Below are positions 36,397-45,207 of a stretch of DNA of 64,000 bases, one piece after another (the first letter of the stretch is position 1; the number at the start of each line of letters is the position of its first letter). The DNA lies in assembly GCA_945873125.1 (NCBI GenBank), contig CAMCBV010000007.1:5342-69341 (forward strand), in the 5' to 3' direction. A model generated the notes under the pieces. The model had not been told where the DNA came from and ran no database searches. It saw only the letters and a program-made list of their open reading frames with translations. Position numbers and translations under genes: made by a program. The stretch is from Prosthecobacter debontii. GTDB taxonomy: Bacteria; Verrucomicrobiota; Verrucomicrobiia; Verrucomicrobiales; Akkermansiaceae.

Positions 36397-39345
36397 TCAC
36401 TCACGGATCAGTTTTTCGATTTCCTCCGCACTCCACGCAGGTGCATCGTCGGGTGTCAGGGATTCGTTGAGCGACTCGGCCAGGGCTTTTTTGGTGATTT
36501 GGAGACGGATGACTTTTTCTTCAACGGTATTGCGGGTCAGGAGGCGGAATACGGTCACGGGCTTGGTCTGTCCTATCCGGTGGGCTCGGTCGGTCGCTTG
36601 GTCTTCGGCGGCGGGGTTCCACCATGGGTCAAAGTGGATGACGATGTCAGCGGCTGTTAGGTTCAGGCCATATCCGCCCGCCTTGAGAGAGATGAGGAAA
36701 ACGGGTGGACCATCTGGCGATTGGAAATGATCGACCAAGCTTTGGCGATTGCGGGTTTGACCGTCGAGGCGGATGGATAGAATGCCGATTTCAGTAAGGG
36801 CGCTTCCTATTTCGACGAGTTGTTTCTGGAATTGTGAGAAGACGAGAATGCGGCTGCCTGCGGCGATGGATGATTCGGCGATCTCAAGGAGTCGCTCCAA
36901 TTTGGCGGATCGACGCGGTATAGGGAGGCTTTTGAGTTTTTCCGAATCGAACAAGGCTAGGTCGCAACAGCTCTGGCGAAGGCGCAGGAGGGTGGTGAGT
37001 TGTTGCATACGGGCGGCAGCGATCTGGCCTGAAGAGCGGATTTCATCGATCAGCTGAAGACCTTGCTTCTGGATTTCGCGATAGGTGGATTCTTGTTCTC
37101 GTGACAGACTACAGAATTCGTCGATGAGGATTTTGGACGGGAGATCGGGCGCGACCTCGGTTTTGGTGCGGCGAAGGGTGAAGGGAGAGGTTTTAAGCCG
37201 GAGCAGCGTCGCGGTTCGGGCGCGGGTTTCCGGGTTTTTTAATGGGATTTCGTAGCGTTCTTGGAAATCTTTACGGGAACCTAGCCATCCGGGTTGGATG
37301 AAACGGAAGATTGACCAAAGATCCCTCGCGGAATTTTCGACGGGAGTTCCGGTCAGGGCGATCCGATACTTCGCGTTAATTTTGGCGACCGCTTTGGAGT
37401 GATCCGTATCTGGGTTACGAATGAGCGAGGCTTCATCGATCACGGCGATCGAGTAATTCTGGCGGAGGTGCCAGGCGAGGTCCCGGGCAAGGGTGGTATA
37501 AGTGGTCAGGATGACGTCAGTGGGCTCGATTTTCTCCCTCAAATGATCCCTCTTAGTTCCGTGCAGCGTGATGATACGCCGTTCTGGAGCGAAGCGATTG
37601 AACTCGGCTTTCCAGTTTCCGAGCAGGGACGTAGTGACGACGACGAGGACGGCGGAGGGTTGTGAATAAATTGCAAAAAAATGTTCTATACAAGCGATTG
37701 TTTGCAACGTTTTACCTAATCCCATATCATCTGCAAGGAGGGCGCCACTGAACCTTGTAAGGCGATCGACTAGCCATGAATATCCGGCGACTTGGTAGGA
37801 TCTTGGAATAACGTTAAGTAAATGGTTATTAACAAGTTGTGTACATTTTTCATATTTATTCACAAACGTTGATTGTTTGAGAATATTAGCGATTTCAAGG
37901 ATGATCTCGGAGTTGGCCTGCTTTGCAGTAAAACGACCGTTTTGTTGTTGGATGTCGAGATCTTCGAACAGAGGATCGATGAGATTCTCGATATCATTGG
38001 AGAGGATGATGCGCTGATTTGACGGGGAATTCTTGGACCTGAGGAGTCGCCGAATTTCGCTTGAGGGGATGGTTTCACCCGATTCCGTGTGGAAGCTAAG
38101 GTTGAAAACCAGTGATTGGTCATCGGAGGAAAGGATCTCGATTCGGGGAGAAATGACCACGTAGGAAGAAGCCAGTTTTTGGATGGCTGGCGTGAGTTCA
38201 ACCTCCCAGTTGGGTGGTAATTTGCCGATTTTTTGGGTCAGTAGGTCCCTGATTTGATCGGAATCCGTGAGTTCGTATGAGGTATCGGAAAGTGGGTTGA
38301 AATACTGACAAATCTGGCGGCGAGCCTGGTTTTCGGCTTGGGGATTGGCTGATGTCAGGTGGGTTCCATCGAGGCATGGAAGAACTTGTGAATAACTTGT
38401 GTGAAAGGTAGCCTGAAGCTTGGAAGGACCTCCGAAAATTGTGATTTTGAACGCTGGTTCGGCCGAAATGAACTGCAGTGACTCGAACCAAGCAGAGGCG
38501 CTGAAATCGATGAAAATCTGAAGTGGATCGAGTTCTTTGAGAAAACTCGCCAATTCGAGGTTTGCTGGCTTTCCGGAAGCCAGGGCATTAAGCACGGGCA
38601 TGAGGGAAACAGGGATTTCCTTATTTCCGATCTGCGCGATGCTCATGTCAGATAGACGCCAGAAGGAGTCGCCGATTTTGAAAATTTTGTCTGTCCCCGG
38701 GGTGATCTGAATGGTTTTTTCCGAAAGCGTGCAGTCGGCAATGCGAATCTGGGTGCGTGTCTCAATGTTCAACGAGCCCTCTGGGGTGCTGATTTCGGGA
38801 TGATTCCGAGCGTGGTTGAGGAATTCGGAGAGTTGTTTGGCGTTGAGCACCAACTGGAGGTTATTGCTGGAGGTTTGTTTTTGAGCGATCAACCAAGTGG
38901 TGAGTCGTTGGTCCGCAGGCGTGGGAGGTTGGTCGGAGCTACTGAGTCCGATCGCTGCGTGGCCTTTTTCCAGAGCTTTCTGCCAAGGTCCTTGGAAGCG
39001 GACTTTCCATGAGACTTCAGGGATGGGGTTTTCCGTAGGTTTGTTGGGTTTTACTGCAGAGGGCCTCGGAGGAGCTATCAGATGTAACCCTACAGCGATC
39101 GCGTGCGGGCAGAACGCACCTTCGCGTTGGTTTTTGGGGCAGGGGCATTTAGCGTCAAGCCAAGTGGGCGTGCGGGCGGCCACGGTGATTCGGTAAGTTC
39201 GTGTTCCAATTTTTACAGAACCCTGAAACCCATCCGGAGTTGATTCGGAAGAAATGACCGCGCCTGTGTTGAGTAGACCCTGCGCCTCTTTGAAATCCTG
39301 CCATGAAGCGGCTTTTCGGAGAGTGGCTTCATCGAGGGACGACAT
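36397..39345 (-). CDS. SWIM zinc-finger SNF2-family helicase
   Basis: CPC...CPHAIA (SWIM), LADDMGLGKT, DEAS, ALTGTPVEN, LRRTK, LVFSQF, ISLKAGGYGLNLT, WWNPAAEDQATDRAHRIGQ. Confidence 0.93.
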   Translation of the reverse strand: MSSLDEATLRKAASWQDFKEAQGLLNTGAVISSESTPDGFQGSVKIGTRTYRITVAARTPTWLDAKCPCPKNQREGAFCPHAIAVGLHLIAPPRPSAVKPNKPTENPIPEVSWKVRFQGPWQKALEKGHAAIGLSSSDQPPTPADQRLTTWLIAQKQTSSNNLQLVLNAKQLSEFLNHARNHPEISTPEGSLNIETRTQIRIADCTLSEKTIQITPGTDKIFKIGDSFWRLSDMSIAQIGNKEIPVSLMPVLNALASGKPANLELASFLKELDPLQIFIDFSASAWFESLQFISAEPAFKITIFGGPSKLQATFHTSYSQVLPCLDGTHLTSANPQAENQARRQICQYFNPLSDTSYELTDSDQIRDLLTQKIGKLPPNWEVELTPAIQKLASSYVVISPRIEILSSDDQSLVFNLSFHTESGETIPSSEIRRLLRSKNSPSNQRIILSNDIENLIDPLFEDLDIQQQNGRFTAKQANSEIILEIANILKQSTFVNKYEKCTQLVNNHLLNVIPRSYQVAGYSWLVDRLTRFSGALLADDMGLGKTLQTIACIEHFFAIYSQPSAVLVVVTTSLLGNWKAEFNRFAPERRIITLHGTKRDHLREKIEPTDVILTTYTTLARDLAWHLRQNYSIAVIDEASLIRNPDTDHSKAVAKINAKYRIALTGTPVENSARDLWSIFRFIQPGWLGSRKDFQERYEIPLKNPETRARTATLLRLKTSPFTLRRTKTEVAPDLPSKILIDEFCSLSREQESTYREIQKQGLQLIDEIRSSGQIAAARMQQLTTLLRLRQSCCDLALFDSEKLKSLPIPRRSAKLERLLEIAESSIAAGSRILVFSQFQKQLVEIGSALTEIGILSIRLDGQTRNRQSLVDHFQSPDGPPVFLISLKAGGYGLNLTAADIVIHFDPWWNPAAEDQATDRAHRIGQTKPVTVFRLLTRNTVEEKVIRLQITKKALAESLNESLTPDDAPAWSAEEIEKLIRE

Positions 39346-39410
39346 CGACAGAAAGAATGGGGGATTTACGCACGGCTAAAAACACTAAATACACGAGTAA
39401 TGAAACTTTT

Positions 39411-39518
39411 AACCACGAATTTCACGAAAGACACGAATGTTGAGAAAAAACCATCATTCGGATGTGTTCTGTTTTTTAAACCAATCTTCCATTCGAGTCA
39501 TTCGTGAAATTCGTGGTT
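39411..39518. repeat. Inverted element with decamer-periodic arms overlapping the photolyase 3' end
   Basis: The left arm is AACCACGAATTTCACGAAAGACACGAAT. The right arm reverse complement is AACCACGAATTTCACGAATGACTCGAAT (26/28 identical). The core is 52 bp. Confidence 0.9.
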
Positions 39519-40966
39519 AGAAACTCCTCTGCGATTCGATACAACTCCTGCCTCTTCTCATCAGAAAACTTCTGCCAGTTTCTTGCCATCATGGAGGAGC
39601 GGGGGTTTTTGAGAAATAGATCCTGGTGATCGCCGACGAAGGTCCAGAACAGGGCGTCCCAGATTTCGGTCCACGGGCCTTTGGTTTCATCGGACATTTT
39701 TAGGACGTAGTTCGATCCAGAAATGTAGGGTTTGGTGGTGAACGTTCCGCCATCGGCGAACTGAGACATGCCGTAGACATTAGGAACCATGACCCAATCA
39801 TAGGCGTCGATGAAGAATTCCATGAACCATTGGTAGACCGCATGAGGATCGAAGCGGCAAAGCAGCATGAAATTTCCCAGCACCATGAGTCGCTCAATGT
39901 GATGGCAGTAGGCTTCATCGTGAAGCTGTCGGATGATGCGGTCGATGGGCGGGATGCCGGTGGTGGCGTCGTAGAACGATTTCGGGATGGGTCGGGTGTG
40001 CTGGAAAAAATTTAGATTGCGGATTTCGGTGCCGCGATGGAGGTAAACGCCATGCATGAACTCTCGCCAACCTATGATTTGGCGGATGAATCCTTCGAGG
40101 GAATTGAGTGGAACTTGATCCTGTTGAGCGAGTGCGGCATCGACGATTTCCTGAGGCGTGAGCAATCCGATGTTCAGCATCGGAGTCAGGACGGAGTGAT
40201 GGATGAAAGCGTGTTCGGTGGAGATTGCGTCCTCGTAGATTCCAAACTCTTGAAAACGTTCACAGATGAATGTTTTCAACCATGCCTTTGCATCGGCACG
40301 AGTGACGGGGTAGCGGAAGGTTTTGCAGTTCCCCGGCTGACTGGGAAATAGGCTTTCAATGTGCGCGATCGATGCGGTGACATAGGCGTTTTGCGGGGTT
40401 TTGGGCGCAAAGGGTGGAGCGTATTGCTTGGGAAGCTTTTTGCGATTGTCTTCATCAAAGGACCATTGCCCACCGGTCGGGTTTCCATCAGGATCGATCA
40501 GTATCCCCATGCGTTTGCGCTGCGCTTGGTAAAAGGTCGCCATGAAAGGCTTTTTGCGGCGGGCGATATGCTCTTCCAGAAATTCAGGAGGTGAGAGAAA
40601 GGCGGGTGATGGGTAAACGGTTAGGGAAAGCCCGCGATGACTGGCAAAGTCTCTGACACGCTTTTCGAGAATGAAATCGTGGGGGTAAGCGAGGTGGAGT
40701 TCAGTTATTTTTTTTGGCAGGGCTTGTCGGTAATCCCGAGTATGAGGGAGAATGGTAACTTCGTATCCCTTAGCCCGAAGCTCATCTGCGTAAGCCAGCA
40801 TGGATGCGTGGTGCAGAACGAGTTTTTGTTTATGAAAAGCTATCGAATAAATCGGGTCATTTCCAAAATACAAAGGGTCTTCAGCGAGATAGACAGGCCG
40901 GTCCTTTGCCAGAGCGGGATGGGTTTCAAACAGTTGGTGTGGAAAAACGAGCGTCGCGGATGACAT
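39476..40966 (-). CDS. Cryptochrome/photolyase family protein (prokaryotic (6-4) photolyase-like, DPRP type)
   Basis: LVFPHQLF, HKQKLVLH, FMATFYQAQR, WSFDEDNR, RQIIGWREF, HHIERLMVLGN, DAYDWVMVPNVYGMSQFADGG...KPYISG. Confidence 0.92.
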   Translation of the reverse strand: MSSATLVFPHQLFETHPALAKDRPVYLAEDPLYFGNDPIYSIAFHKQKLVLHHASMLAYADELRAKGYEVTILPHTRDYRQALPKKITELHLAYPHDFILEKRVRDFASHRGLSLTVYPSPAFLSPPEFLEEHIARRKKPFMATFYQAQRKRMGILIDPDGNPTGGQWSFDEDNRKKLPKQYAPPFAPKTPQNAYVTASIAHIESLFPSQPGNCKTFRYPVTRADAKAWLKTFICERFQEFGIYEDAISTEHAFIHHSVLTPMLNIGLLTPQEIVDAALAQQDQVPLNSLEGFIRQIIGWREFMHGVYLHRGTEIRNLNFFQHTRPIPKSFYDATTGIPPIDRIIRQLHDEAYCHHIERLMVLGNFMLLCRFDPHAVYQWFMEFFIDAYDWVMVPNVYGMSQFADGGTFTTKPYISGSNYVLKMSDETKGPWTEIWDALFWTFVGDHQDLFLKNPRSSMMARNWQKFSDEKRQELYRIAEEFLTTNFTNDSNGRLV

Positions 40967-40978
40967 CAGGCAGTCAGG

Positions 40979-41602
40979 TTACAGGGTCTTCTTAGCTTTT
41001 GCGTAGGGTAGGCGTGTTGGCTGGCTGAGTTCGAAATAGGTATCGAGAGCTGTGGAGGCCAGTGAACCGAGTGCGGCGAGATCCACCGCGCCATCCGCTG
41101 CGAGATGTTCTTCAGGGATTTGCGCCAAGCGGACTTTTCCGATGATGAGGATCGTGTCGTTCGCGGTGATCGGAACTGTTTCAACCAGATCAAGAGCGAA
41201 GCGGAATCGAGATTCAGCCACAAAGGGAGCGGCGATCCCGGGTTCGAAGTGAGGAGTCAAGCCGGTGGCGGTGAATTCGGAAATCTCGCGTGGGTATCGG
41301 GCTGAGCAATGATGGGCCTGGTCGAGAATCCCGGAGTGGACGTGATTGATCGTATAGGAACGAGTTTGGATGATATTGGCTAACGTGTGCCGATCCACTA
41401 GATCTGGGCGTGAAATCAAGCCGATCAGGAGGGGATTTGAGCCAAGATGCGTGACCGAGGAAAACGGGGCGAGGTTGGTTTGTCCGGTTTCATTGACCGA
41501 TCCGATCAGGGAAATGGGTTTTGGGCCAGGAAGCGAGTTGGCAAATTGCACGCGGGCCAGCTTTTCCATCGCCTCGATATCCGTTAGATGGATGTTTTTC
41601 AT
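40979..41602 (-). CDS. Flavin reductase family protein (DIM6/NTAB)
   Basis: GPKPISLIGS, NLAPFSS, HTLANI, SARYP..SEF, APFVAES. The ATG at 41602 is preferred because the longer ORF overlaps the divergent gene. Confidence 0.88.
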   Translation of the reverse strand: MKNIHLTDIEAMEKLARVQFANSLPGPKPISLIGSVNETGQTNLAPFSSVTHLGSNPLLIGLISRPDLVDRHTLANIIQTRSYTINHVHSGILDQAHHCSARYPREISEFTATGLTPHFEPGIAAPFVAESRFRFALDLVETVPITANDTILIIGKVRLAQIPEEHLAADGAVDLAALGSLASTALDTYFELSQPTRLPYAKAKKTL

Positions 41603-41722
41603 CTGGCTTACTTCTAAGCTAGGTTTTCTTGCTGGGAAGGAGAAAGATTCGAAAATTCTGCCTAGTAATAAAATAATCAGTCGGATATGAATCCGGATCC
41701 AAGACCCCATAGAACTCCAACG

Positions 41723-43123
41723 ATGATCTCAAATCCCATTTCAAAATCCCTGGCGATTACTTGCATTTCCGTCTCGCTAGGAGCGAGTTTCGCCCAAGCT
41801 GATGTCGTGCCAAACCCGCTTTTCGCCGATGGCGCAGTCCTTCAGCGTGGACAAAAAGTGCCGGTATGGGGAACGGCTGATGATGGGGAAAAGGTCACGG
41901 TTGAGATCGGAAAACAAAAGCTGACCACCACGGCAGAGGGTGGAAAATGGCGTGTAGATCTCGCACCACTTGAAGTCGGCGATCCGCTCACCATGAAAAT
42001 CTCCGGAAAGAACACGATCGAAATCAAAGAGATTTTGGTCGGTGAAGTCTGGGTGAACTCCGGGCAATCCAATATGGAATGGCTCTTGAAAGGAATTGAT
42101 CCCCAGAAAGAACACGCGTCAAAAGCAAACTATCCAAAAATCCGAATGTTCACGGTAAAAAAAACCACCGCGATTCAGCCTCTCGCCACTCCTACAGGAT
42201 CATGGATCACGGCATCGCCTGAAACAGTCGGAGGATTTTCTGCGGTCGGATATTTCTTCGCTCAAGAACTTCATGAGAAACTCGGCGTGCCGGTTGGAAT
42301 GATCAGCACCTCATGGGGCGGCACTCCTGCACAAGCCTGGACCAGCATCGAAGGTCTTGGGAGTGAAGCTGAACTCAAAGGATATCTAGATGCTGCGGAA
42401 AAGACGATCGCGGCTCCTCCTGAGAAACCAGTCGGATCAGGTCATCCAACCTCTCTCTATAACGGCATGATCGCACCCATCGTTCCTTACGCGATGAAAG
42501 GGGTGATCTGGTATCAAGGTGAATCCAACGCGGGTAAATCCAAAGAATACCGCACCTTGTTTCCAGCGATGATTGCCGACTGGAGAAACAAGTGGAAGCA
42601 GGGAAATTTTCCTTTTATCTACGTTCAGATTGCTCCGTTTAAAGGACAGCCACCTGAAATCCGTGAGGCACAGCTCCTAACGCTCTCCAAATCCGAAAAC
42701 ACCGCAATGGCTGTGACTACCGATGTGGGTGATGCAAATGACATCCATCCCAAAAACAAGCAACCCGTCGGCCAACGTCTGGCATCCGCAGCACGTGTCA
42801 TCGCCTACGGAGAAAAAATCGTCTATTCGGGACCTATCTATGATTCAATGAAGGTGAGTGGCGATGCAATCGAACTCAGCTTTAAACATCTCGGAGGCGG
42901 ACTCGTCGCAAAAGATGGCGACCTCAAAGGCTTCACCATCGCCGGCGAGGACGGAAAACATGTTCCTGCAAAAGCTGAAATCAAAGGCAGCAAAATCATC
43001 GTTTCAGCCGCTGAAGTGAAATCGCCAAAAGCAGCTCGTTACGGTTGGATCAATGTTCCTGATGTAAATCTGTTCAATAAGGAAGGTTTCCCGGCATCAC
43101 CGTTCAGGACGGATGTGGATTAA
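41723..43123 (+). CDS. Sialate O-acetylesterase-like (SASA/SGNH) secreted esterase
   Basis: Signal peptide, GEVWVNSGQSNMEW, FSAVGYFF, WGGTPAQAW, WYQGESNA, DIHPKNKQPVGQRLA, LFNKEGFPASPFRTD. Confidence 0.92.
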   Translation: MISNPISKSLAITCISVSLGASFAQADVVPNPLFADGAVLQRGQKVPVWGTADDGEKVTVEIGKQKLTTTAEGGKWRVDLAPLEVGDPLTMKISGKNTIEIKEILVGEVWVNSGQSNMEWLLKGIDPQKEHASKANYPKIRMFTVKKTTAIQPLATPTGSWITASPETVGGFSAVGYFFAQELHEKLGVPVGMISTSWGGTPAQAWTSIEGLGSEAELKGYLDAAEKTIAAPPEKPVGSGHPTSLYNGMIAPIVPYAMKGVIWYQGESNAGKSKEYRTLFPAMIADWRNKWKQGNFPFIYVQIAPFKGQPPEIREAQLLTLSKSENTAMAVTTDVGDANDIHPKNKQPVGQRLASAARVIAYGEKIVYSGPIYDSMKVSGDAIELSFKHLGGGLVAKDGDLKGFTIAGEDGKHVPAKAEIKGSKIIVSAAEVKSPKAARYGWINVPDVNLFNKEGFPASPFRTDVD

Positions 43124-43294
43124 TTGATTCAGCACGCCTTCGGCTAGCTTTATCCTGAGTCACCGAGTGAATGAACTTTCATTCGGTTAAAACCTCTGGT
43201 TAGAGAAGAAAAGAAATTCTGATTTCAACCACTTTGCGTTGTTTGCGCGCTTTGTGGTTCAATTTCATAAACCACACCCATTCAAGAATTGGAT

Positions 43295-43669
43295 TCAGCG
43301 ATCCCTAAGGATCTCGTTGTGATCTCCCATCAGAAGATTCTTCGGTTTAATAGGCGTATCGGAATATCCGAAAGCCATGATCGCAACGCGTTCGCCTTTT
43401 TTGATGAGGTGGGCGGCGCCGCCGTTGATCAGGATTTTCCCGGTATTGGGCGGGCCTTCGAGGACATAGGTTTCAAGGCGGGCTCCGGTAGTGATTGAGG
43501 CAACGAGAACTTTTTCGCCCGGCCATAGATCGGCGGCGTCCATGAGATCGCGAGGGATCTCAATGCTGCCTTCATAATCCACATCGGCTTCTGTGATGAC
43601 GGCACGATGGAGTTTGGATTTGAGAACCTCGCGGACCCAAAGTTTGGATGTTGGTGACTGGCCAGACAT
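43295..43669 (-). CDS. panD: Aspartate 1-decarboxylase (pyruvoyl enzyme)
   Basis: LKSKLHRA.ITEAD.DYEG|SI self-cleavage site, GARLETY, INGGAAHL..GERV.I. ATG at 43669; the longer ORF extends into rsmE. Confidence 0.93.
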   Translation of the reverse strand: MSGQSPTSKLWVREVLKSKLHRAVITEADVDYEGSIEIPRDLMDAADLWPGEKVLVASITTGARLETYVLEGPPNTGKILINGGAAHLIKKGERVAIMAFGYSDTPIKPKNLLMGDHNEILRDR

Positions 43670-43778
43670 TATCGAGGGGAACGAACACCGTGGAAGGTAT
43701 ACGGTCAAGGGGAAAGAGGGTTTGAAAGAGGCTTTATCAGATGAAGAATGCGCGTCTGGAGTCGCGCGGTCCAAGGGA

Positions 43779-44492
43779 CTAAATATATTGAAAGCGGATG
43801 GCTGAGAGGCAGAAAAGGGTGGCGGTTTCGACGCGTAGAACGAGATCGCCGAGGGTGACAGGAATAAAGCCGGCTTCGAGTGATGCATCGATCTCCTTAG
43901 AGGTAAAATCACCTTCCGGCCCAATCAGGATGGTTACCGATTCGATTTCGGGATGTGCGGCAAGGGTTTCACGGAAATTCCGCGGATTCTCCGCAAGCGA
44001 GGCAATGATTTTCAATTCCGAGGGCTCATTGAATTTGATCCATGTATCGAAGCTGACGGGATCGGCGATGACGGGAATCGTGAATTGGGCACATTGCTTG
44101 CAAGCCTCCAAAGCGGTGCGGCGCCATTTTCCTGCTTTATCATCTCCGGGAGAGACGATCGTGTTACGAGTGACCAGAGGCTGGATTTTTGAAACGCCGA
44201 GCTCTACGGCTTTTTGGACGATCCAATCCATGTTTTTCCCTTTTGGAATGGCCTGGGCAAGAGTGATTTCCGGAAGCGGAATCGGCTTAGACTCAGCGAG
44301 CTCCAACATGAGATCGACTCTTTGTTTGGATACAGAGAGCACGCGAGCTTCTGCGAAATTCCCCAAACCATCGAAAACCGTGATCGTTTCCCCAGATTGG
44401 ATTCGTAGCACTTGAGCGAGGTGCTTGGCTTCATCGCCATCGAGAAAGGGCGATTCGGTCCAGTTGTTAGGAGCAAGGTAGAAGCGAGGCAC
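43779..44492 (-). CDS. rsmE: 16S rRNA m3U1498 methyltransferase
   Basis: HLAQVLR, KGKNMDWIVQKAVELGV, EACKQC, IGPEGDF, LGDLVLRVETA. Confidence 0.96.
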   Translation of the reverse strand: MPRFYLAPNNWTESPFLDGDEAKHLAQVLRIQSGETITVFDGLGNFAEARVLSVSKQRVDLMLELAESKPIPLPEITLAQAIPKGKNMDWIVQKAVELGVSKIQPLVTRNTIVSPGDDKAGKWRRTALEACKQCAQFTIPVIADPVSFDTWIKFNEPSELKIIASLAENPRNFRETLAAHPEIESVTILIGPEGDFTSKEIDASLEAGFIPVTLGDLVLRVETATLFCLSAIRFQYI

Positions 44493-44494
44493 GA

Positions 44495-44515
44495 ACTTTA
44501 AAATTTAAACCTCAA
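44495..44515. repeat. Heptamer array just upstream of rsmE
   Basis: actttaa aatttaa acctcaa, nearly identical to 45172-45193. Confidence 0.6.
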
Positions 44516-44591
44516 GGAAGAGGTATGGGCTGCGGCGGAATTTAAGACGGCGACCCCGACTGATCGAGGTAGACGATAGATCGGCGTTACA

Positions 44592-45155
44592 TTAGAATTT
44601 GAGAAATGTTTCTAGGATTTGTTTGCCGTTCTCGGTGAGTATGGATTCTGGGTGGAACTGAACGCCGTGGACGGGATGTTCTTTGTGGCGCAGTCCCATG
44701 ATTTCATTTTCAGCCGTCCATGCGGTGATTTCTAGACAATCAGGCAAGGTCTCGCGCTTGACGATGAGCGAATGGTAGCGGGTGGCTTCAAAGGGATTTG
44801 GTAAACCGGCGAACACACTGCTGCCGTTGTGGTGGATGGGGGAGGTTTTGCCATGCATCAGACGATCCGCACGAACGACATCTCCGCCATAGATTTGTCC
44901 GATGGATTGGTGACCAAGACATACACCGAGGATGGGTGTCGTCGGACCGAGCTCACGGATGAGCTCCAGCGAGATGCCTGCTTCATTCGGCGTGCATGGA
45001 CCCGGAGAGATGCAGATTTTTTCTGGTGCGAGTTTTTTCACATCAGCAACCGTGAGCGCATCGTTGCGGAAAATTTTCATTTCAATCCCGAGTTCGCCAA
45101 AATATTGGACGAGGTTGTAGGTGAAGGAATCGTAGTTATCGATGATGAGAAGCAT
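44592..45155 (-). CDS. trpG: Anthranilate synthase component II (glutamine amidotransferase)
   Basis: [40 protein letters not shown]. Lies adjacent to trpE. Confidence 0.93.
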   Translation of the reverse strand: MLLIIDNYDSFTYNLVQYFGELGIEMKIFRNDALTVADVKKLAPEKICISPGPCTPNEAGISLELIRELGPTTPILGVCLGHQSIGQIYGGDVVRADRLMHGKTSPIHHNGSSVFAGLPNPFEATRYHSLIVKRETLPDCLEITAWTAENEIMGLRHKEHPVHGVQFHPESILTENGKQILETFLKF

Positions 45156-45164
45156 GTGGTGGAA

Positions 45165-45193
45165 ATTTTAAACTTTAAATTTTTAAACCTCAA
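45165..45193. repeat. Heptamer array between trpE and trpG
   Basis: attttaa actttaa atttttaa acctcaa. Confidence 0.6.
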
Positions 45194-45207
45194 TGAAGAG
45201 GAGTCGA

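Noticed and set aside
43295-43924. 209-aa extended PanD from the ORF track
   Set aside because: The N-terminal extension overlaps rsmE in another frame. PanD homology begins just after the ATG at 43669.
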